From Polyangiaceae bacterium (GTDB taxonomy: Bacteria; Myxococcota_A; Polyangia; Polyangiales; Polyangiaceae), in the NCBI GenBank assembly GCA_044376115.1, contig JBILLK010000005.1:192001-256000 (forward strand): 64,000 nt of DNA, in the 5' to 3' direction. The notes beneath the pieces were generated by a model, which worked only from the letters and a program-made list of their open reading frames with translations, ran no database searches and was not told where the DNA came from. Positions 58,897-64,000 of this stretch are shown here, one piece after another (within the stretch, counting starts at the first letter, position 1; every line of letters starts with the position of its first letter). The position numbers and the translations under genes were made by a program.

Positions 58897-59068
58897 TGTG
58901 ACGAAGGTAGCAGGAGGTGAGGCCTCCAGCGAGAACTCCGTAGCTCGCGCGCGTGGTAAGTGGTGCGAGCGCCAATACCGCTTCGACCTTTCCTTTGATG
59001 CGGCCGAGCTGGCGGCGGCCTTGAGCTCGCGCTCAGGCTAGCTGAGCGGCTCGCCGTTTCAGTATTTC

Positions 59069-60127
59069 TCAGAAGCAGCGCGAAGCAGTTCCCTCGATCT
59101 GGCCATCTATCGGGCCGCCTGAGACAATGACCCGTACTTGTGTGTCGTCCAGTGCGACCACCTCTACGGTACCATCGTTGAAGCCTGCTCCACCGCCGCC
59201 CCAGCAGGTGCCGTCCCCGTTGGGACCATACTCGCTCGTTGACACGGATACTGCATTATCTCCAATGGCGTATAGCCCAGGACTCTGTTCGGAGGGGTCG
59301 AGCCCAACAATGACCACGCGCCTCTCGAACTCGCAACCCTCATCGAGCGCGTAAGGGTCTGCGCAGGAGAGATCTCGAGGCGGGGCGCTCGCGTCGAGGA
59401 ACACAAACAGCGTGCCGTCGAAGGCGGGTTGGTCAGCGCCTCCGCCAACTCCGCTCCCGGTTCCGCCTCCCGGACCATAGACGTTGCTCAGCTGTTCGTC
59501 GCTCATCGCGATGGCGCGCGCGGTTTGCGGAGTGGCCTGGTTACAGCGCGTTAGCGTGCGCTCCCCGTCCACATCAGCTGCAAACGTGCTCGCGTCGCTG
59601 AGGCGAATACGAAGAGTTGTTTCGCCAACCTCTAGCACCTCGAGTGTGCCCTCGAGGGTGCCGCCGCCCCCCGAGCATTCAGCGTCTCCAACTCCCTCCG
59701 TTTCCGAAAAGAACGGGCCCATTCCGACCTGTTGCAGCTCTGTGAGCGGCACGACCGCGCCCGCGAACTGATACTCTGCAGGCAACGGAATGCTTACCTG
59801 CCAAGCCAGTTCAACCTCGCAATAGGGTAGGGTCCCAAACGGGTCGCTACAAACGCTCGGCTCACTTGAGAACGAAAGTAGAAGGGTATCGGCAGGCGCC
59901 GGAACAGCGTCCGGTCCAAGCGCACTCCACGCTACCGCGATGCCCTCGGCGTACCCAGCTCCCCCGCCGGTGTTGCCGCCGCCGGTGTTGCCGCCGCCGG
60001 TGTTGCTTCCGCCGGTGTTACCGCCGCCCGTGTTACCGCCGCCGGTATTGCCTGAAATGACGGACGCATTGCAGGCGACCGAGAGTAGGGAAGCGGCAAC
60101 CAGGAGCAGTGAGCTTTTCTGAAGCAT
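59069..60127 (-). CDS. lipoprotein with GNTGG repeats and a duplicated Cys-containing beta domain
   Basis: SVA-C lipobox; two copies of C-x-DP...C...C-x-GGGG...GT(L/V)EV...RC; start at ATG 60127 or GTG 60133. Confidence 0.85.
   Translation of the reverse strand: MLQKSSLLLVAASLLSVACNASVISGNTGGGNTGGGNTGGSNTGGGNTGGGNTGGGAGYAEGIAVAWSALGPDAVPAPADTLLLSFSSEPSVCSDPFGTLPYCEVELAWQVSIPLPAEYQFAGAVVPLTELQQVGMGPFFSETEGVGDAECSGGGGTLEGTLEVLEVGETTLRIRLSDASTFAADVDGERTLTRCNQATPQTARAIAMSDEQLSNVYGPGGGTGSGVGGGADQPAFDGTLFVFLDASAPPRDLSCADPYALDEGCEFERRVVIVGLDPSEQSPGLYAIGDNAVSVSTSEYGPNGDGTCWGGGGAGFNDGTVEVVALDDTQVRVIVSGGPIDGQIEGTASRCF
59964..60053. repeat. 15-bp coding tandem repeat, 6 copies
   Basis: Unit CCGCCGGTGTTGCCG with minor variants, encoding (G/S)NTGG. 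Confidence 0.9.
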
Positions 60128-60138
60128 GTGCACCCTTC

Positions 60139-60154
60139 AGCAATCGTGATGCCA
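60139..60154 (-). promoter_or_regulatory. sigma54-type -24/-12 promoter
   Basis: TGGCATCACGATTGCT, near-consensus TGGCAC-N5-TTGCW, 11 nt before ATG 60127. Confidence 0.65.
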
Positions 60155-60244
60155 GAGCTTATTCACGCTGAAAAGCCGAGGTGAGTGTACGGCGGCCGCG
60201 GGAACCGCGATCCACGGCTCCCAGCTGTGCCAAATCGTGCCCGG

Positions 60245-62164
60245 CTAGTGATCGAGCTCGGCGGCCTTTCCAACGAGCTCAGCCAGCTCCTTCCGGTAAC
60301 CGTCTGCGTCGTCACCAAGGGCCCCACTCACAACGCGTTGAACCTCCGCATAGCCGAAGTTACGGATGTAGGCTGACCCCCGTAGCAACATGCCAAACGC
60401 TGCTACCCCGGTGACGAAGCGAAAATCAGTCGACATTGAACCAAAGGGTGTATCCGCCCCTGTGATAGGACCGTCCACCTGGCGGCTCGTAACGCCGTCA
60501 GGATCCTTGAAGCGAATGGCGAGGTTGCCAAGGGCCTTGCCCTGGCTCGTCCGCGACGTGGGTTCAAGCTCGTAGAGCGCGGTGACGGTATGCCCAGCAC
60601 CAATCTCGCCGGCGTCCTTCTGATCGTTCGTGAAGTCCTGATGAGCAAGCATGCGGTTCTCGTAGCCAATCAAACGAAAAGAACGCACGAACTCTGGGTT
60701 CCACGTGACCTGAATCTTTACGTCCTTGGCAATCGTGATGAGAGTTCCTGAGGCTTCGCTGACAAGCACACGCTTCGCTTCAGCTGCTGAATCGAGGTAG
60801 GCGTAGTTGCCATTGCCTTTGTCGGCCAAGGTCTCCATCGTTTGGTCGCGATAGTTACCGCTGCCAAACCCAAGGACTGACAGAAAGACGCCCGTTTTTG
60901 CCTTGTCTTCGATCAGCTTCTGCAGCTCGGCAGGACTCGAAGCGCCAAGGTTGAAGTCCCCGTCGGTGGCCAGAATGACGCGGTTCGTTCCGCCCTCTAC
61001 GAACGACTGGGACGCTAGGTCATAGGCGGCGTTGATTCCTTGCGCACCGTTGGTGCCACCTCCTGCTTGCAGCGCCTCCAAGGCTGCCAGAATTGTCTTT
61101 CGATCACTGCCCTTGGTAGGTGGAAGCACCACGCCCGAGCTTCCTGCGTAGGTAACAATCGAGACTGAATCGCGCTCGTTGAGCTGGTCAACGAGCATCG
61201 AAAATCCTTGCTTCAGCAGCCCGATCTTGTCGGCACCATGCATTGATCCGGAGACGTCGATCAAGAACACGAGGTTCGATGGGGGCCTGCTCTTGGCTGC
61301 TATTTCGCGACCCTTGATTCCAATGCGAACCAGACGATGATTGGCTGCCCAGGGTGCCTCGCCGACCTCAGCTGAGACGGCGAACGCGGCATCGTCGGGG
61401 CTTGGATAGGAGTACTTAAAGTAGTTAATCATCTCTTCGATGCGCACCAGGCTTGCATCGGGACGCTGATTGGAATTCAGGAGCGACCGAACCATTGAGT
61501 AGCTGGCCGTGTCCACGTCGATCGAGAAGGTGGATTGACGGTCAACGGCAGTGGCGATGAAGCCATTCTCGGGCAATCGAACCGAACCAGGAATGCCGGG
61601 ACGCGGAAGGGCCGGCTCGGCTGCCACCGATGGCTTACTTGGTAGGCCCTTCGTGTTTTTGCCGTCAAACTGACTGCGGTCCGCTGCGTGGGCCGCTGCA
61701 GTCGCTGCGGGCGCGGCCTTGTACTTTGCGCTCGCTGCAGGCGCGGGCGCGACGTTCTTCACGTCGGCGATGTTGTCCTCGATGGAGCTCGCGTACTCGG
61801 ACCTCCTCATCGTCATCAGGCCGAAGGCCCCAGCTGCCACCATCAGTGCTGTGCCACCGGCGAGCAGGCCGCGCAGCTTTGTTGATGAGCGTGGTTGTGC
61901 CGGTAGGGCAATGACGTTTGACTGAGGCGGTGCCGGCTTCTCCCCCTCACTCGCCTGCTGAATGGCGGCGTGCTGCCCTTCCGTGAGCGCGGCGGGCGCC
62001 TCCCGCGCAAGCTCACTCTGCAGTAGACTGGCGGCGGCAGCAAAGGCTGCTGCCTCCTCGGCTGCAGCTGGGAATTGCGCCAGCTCTTGCTCAAAGAGCG
62101 CGCGCTCCTCGGGCGACATCTCGTTGAGCGAATAGGCTGTAAGGCGAGGGTCGTTGATATCCAT
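60245..62164 (-). CDS. anti-sigma-like N-terminus fused to YfbK-type vWA/DUF3520 domains
   Basis: DPRLTAYSLNEMSPEERALFE; TM; STFSIDVDTASYS, RIEEMINYF, MIDAS DVSGS, ATDGDFN, RLIGYENR, DAGEIGAGH. Confidence 0.9.
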   Translation of the reverse strand: MDINDPRLTAYSLNEMSPEERALFEQELAQFPAAAEEAAAFAAAASLLQSELAREAPAALTEGQHAAIQQASEGEKPAPPQSNVIALPAQPRSSTKLRGLLAGGTALMVAAGAFGLMTMRRSEYASSIEDNIADVKNVAPAPAASAKYKAAPAATAAAHAADRSQFDGKNTKGLPSKPSVAAEPALPRPGIPGSVRLPENGFIATAVDRQSTFSIDVDTASYSMVRSLLNSNQRPDASLVRIEEMINYFKYSYPSPDDAAFAVSAEVGEAPWAANHRLVRIGIKGREIAAKSRPPSNLVFLIDVSGSMHGADKIGLLKQGFSMLVDQLNERDSVSIVTYAGSSGVVLPPTKGSDRKTILAALEALQAGGGTNGAQGINAAYDLASQSFVEGGTNRVILATDGDFNLGASSPAELQKLIEDKAKTGVFLSVLGFGSGNYRDQTMETLADKGNGNYAYLDSAAEAKRVLVSEASGTLITIAKDVKIQVTWNPEFVRSFRLIGYENRMLAHQDFTNDQKDAGEIGAGHTVTALYELEPTSRTSQGKALGNLAIRFKDPDGVTSRQVDGPITGADTPFGSMSTDFRFVTGVAAFGMLLRGSAYIRNFGYAEVQRVVSGALGDDADGYRKELAELVGKAAELDH

Positions 62165-62165
62165 G

Positions 62166-62723
62166 TTAGGCTCCCCCGCCGGGCAACGCGAGCCGTCGTT
62201 CGGCTTTGACGAATTTCTCCCGGACCGCGCGCAGCGCCTCGTGCAGGATGACCCCCACGTGACTGACGGAGAGGCCAGTGACGTCTGCGATCTCCTTGTA
62301 GCTGAGGCCACCGCCGAACTTGAGTGCGACGACCTCTCTCGACCGATCTGGAAGCCCTGCGATCAGCTTCGCGATGCTCTCTTCAGCCTGCTTCTTCTCG
62401 AGCGCGCCATGTGGGCCCGACTCCTCGCTTACCAGTCCCATCGTGTCCTCCACCTCGGTGTGCCGCCTCGTTTTTCGCTTTAGCGAGATGGCTCGGTTTC
62501 GACAGACGGTGAAAAGCCATTGGACCAAATGCGATTGGACCTCCTTGGAGTCGGCTCGGCAGAGCTCCAAGAAGGTCTCTTGGACGATGTCCTTAGCGTC
62601 ATCCGGCCCCACGATTGCCGTGGCGAACCGTAAGAGCGCCCGCTCATGGGCTTTCATGGCTTCCAGCACCCAGTTTCGGTTGGGGGCGTTCGACCCTAGC
62701 GTTGCGAATAGGATTGCGAGCAT
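62166..62723 (-). CDS. ECF RNA polymerase sigma factor
   Basis: AKDIVQETFLEL, WLFTVCRN, LPDRSREVV...LSYKEIADVTG. Confidence 0.92.
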   Translation of the reverse strand: MLAILFATLGSNAPNRNWVLEAMKAHERALLRFATAIVGPDDAKDIVQETFLELCRADSKEVQSHLVQWLFTVCRNRAISLKRKTRRHTEVEDTMGLVSEESGPHGALEKKQAEESIAKLIAGLPDRSREVVALKFGGGLSYKEIADVTGLSVSHVGVILHEALRAVREKFVKAERRLALPGGGA

Positions 62724-62783
62724 AGGGCCGATTCCGTCGTCGCTGGGATGACGCGCTGGCGCGGCTTGCCTTAGGGATTATTT

Positions 62784-63986
62784 TTAAGTCAGGCGTTTTG
62801 CTTCTACCGAGATGACCAGGTCTTGGAGGGCGGCGATTTCTTGCAGCAACTCTGCCGGGGGATCCGAAGCGATGCGGATCGAAGCAACAGCGGCCTTCTG
62901 ACCTTGGAAGATCGTGTTCGACATATCGGCCACGTTGATCCCGTGGTTGCGGACGATGCCGAGGACCTGTGCGAGCACCCCTACCTTGTCGAAATGGCGC
63001 ACGACGAGCTCGCTGCGTGCAGGCGCGCGGACCTCGATATTGACGACGTTCGGCGGGCGACCAGTGGCCAAAAACTCGCGACAGATGCGTACGGCCTCCT
63101 CAGCGATTGCGTCTTGTGATTGATCGGTGCTGGCGCCGATGTGGTGAGTCCCAATAAAGCCAGGCATCTTAAGGATTTCAGCCCCGAACTCGCCTGTTCC
63201 CCCTGCCGGCTCGTCTGCAAAGACATCGAGCCCCACGCGTAACCCACGTTCCTTCATTGCTTTCACCAGTGCGGGTTCATCGTGAAGACCGCCGCGGCTG
63301 GTGTTGATGAAGGTCGCTCCGCGCTTCATTTTGGAGAAGAAGGCCTCCCCAAACATGCCTTTCGTTTCTTTGGTCTGCGCCAGATGCACGGAAACGATAT
63401 CGGCACGGTCAGCGAGCTCCTCCGGGGTTCGGCAGTAGCCAACCTTGAGATCATCGGCGCGCCATCCGGTGAGCGATCGGGACCAGGCTAGGACGTTCAT
63501 TTCAAAGGCCCGCGCGCGCTCAATCACTGCGCAGCCGATCGACCCGAGCCCGAGGACGCCCAACGTGCGACCCTTGAGCCCTGCGGCTTTGCTGTACTCC
63601 TTCTTGTTCCACTGGCCAGCCCGTAGCTCGGTAGTGTTTTCGACGATGCGACGGTCGAGCGCGAGGATCATCCCGAAGGTGAGTTCTGCAACCGCAACCG
63701 CGTTCTTTCCGGGACAGTTCGCCACGAAAATGCCGCGCTCACTTGCTGCGACGACGTCAATCGTGTCGTAGCCCGCACCGGCTCGTAGGATCATCGCGAG
63801 ACCAGCTCCGGCCGCGATCGTCTTTGCGTCGACCTTGGTCGAGCGAACAATGAGGATATTGGCCCCTTTGATCTTCTCCGGCAGCTCGGCCGCAGTGGCA
63901 TTGGGATCGTAGTGAACTTCGATGTCGAGCGCTCGGAGGTCGCTCAGGTAGTGTTCGGGAAACGCATCTGCAACGAGGACTCGCAT
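62784..63986 (-). CDS. second phosphoglycerate dehydrogenase-like D-2-hydroxyacid dehydrogenase with ACT domain
   Basis: VRSTKV, RAGAGYDTID, NCPGKNAVAVAEL, GLGSIG, NTSRG, HIGAST, C-terminal RHFDKVGVLA. Confidence 0.9.
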   Translation of the reverse strand: MRVLVADAFPEHYLSDLRALDIEVHYDPNATAAELPEKIKGANILIVRSTKVDAKTIAAGAGLAMILRAGAGYDTIDVVAASERGIFVANCPGKNAVAVAELTFGMILALDRRIVENTTELRAGQWNKKEYSKAAGLKGRTLGVLGLGSIGCAVIERARAFEMNVLAWSRSLTGWRADDLKVGYCRTPEELADRADIVSVHLAQTKETKGMFGEAFFSKMKRGATFINTSRGGLHDEPALVKAMKERGLRVGLDVFADEPAGGTGEFGAEILKMPGFIGTHHIGASTDQSQDAIAEEAVRICREFLATGRPPNVVNIEVRAPARSELVVRHFDKVGVLAQVLGIVRNHGINVADMSNTIFQGQKAAVASIRIASDPPAELLQEIAALQDLVISVEAKRLT

Positions 63987-64000
63987 GGCGGCATGTTCGC

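Noticed and set aside
59030..59048. CGCTCAG/CTGAGCG hairpin as a terminator
   Set aside because: Only 7 bp with no adjacent U-tract; insufficient support
59964..60053. Tandem repeat as a CRISPR array
   Set aside because: 15-bp contiguous in-frame coding units without spacers; no cas genes

Overview
GC-rich bacterial chromosomal window. Gene content (many Gly-rich lipoproteins, FHA and Ser/Thr kinase genes, DUF4150-Rhs, DUF2169, DUF1592/DUF1552, pilC-pilS) points to Myxococcota, probably Polyangiales; this is an inference. About 55 CDS, tRNA-Leu(CAA) and tmRNA (tag ANDNDTIALAA) can be supported. Housekeeping genes include HU, gltA, tal, yggX, argG and two phosphoglycerate dehydrogenase paralogs. 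No CRISPR array, rRNA, integrase or transposase was seen. The best candidate for a novel system is at 282-1985. A radical SAM/SPASM enzyme resembling the PlpX-type tyramine-excising 'splicease' family is divergently paired with a 122-aa protein built as Zn-ribbon-like N-terminus, lipoprotein signal, Gly/Ser tether and two x-Y-G-V-P motifs, i.e. a putative membrane-anchored RiPP-like substrate. The second highlight is an orphan PAAR-like Rhs effector with a TNT/ART-like C-terminal tip and a small cognate immunity candidate. All family assignments come from motif recognition by eye; no database searches were run.
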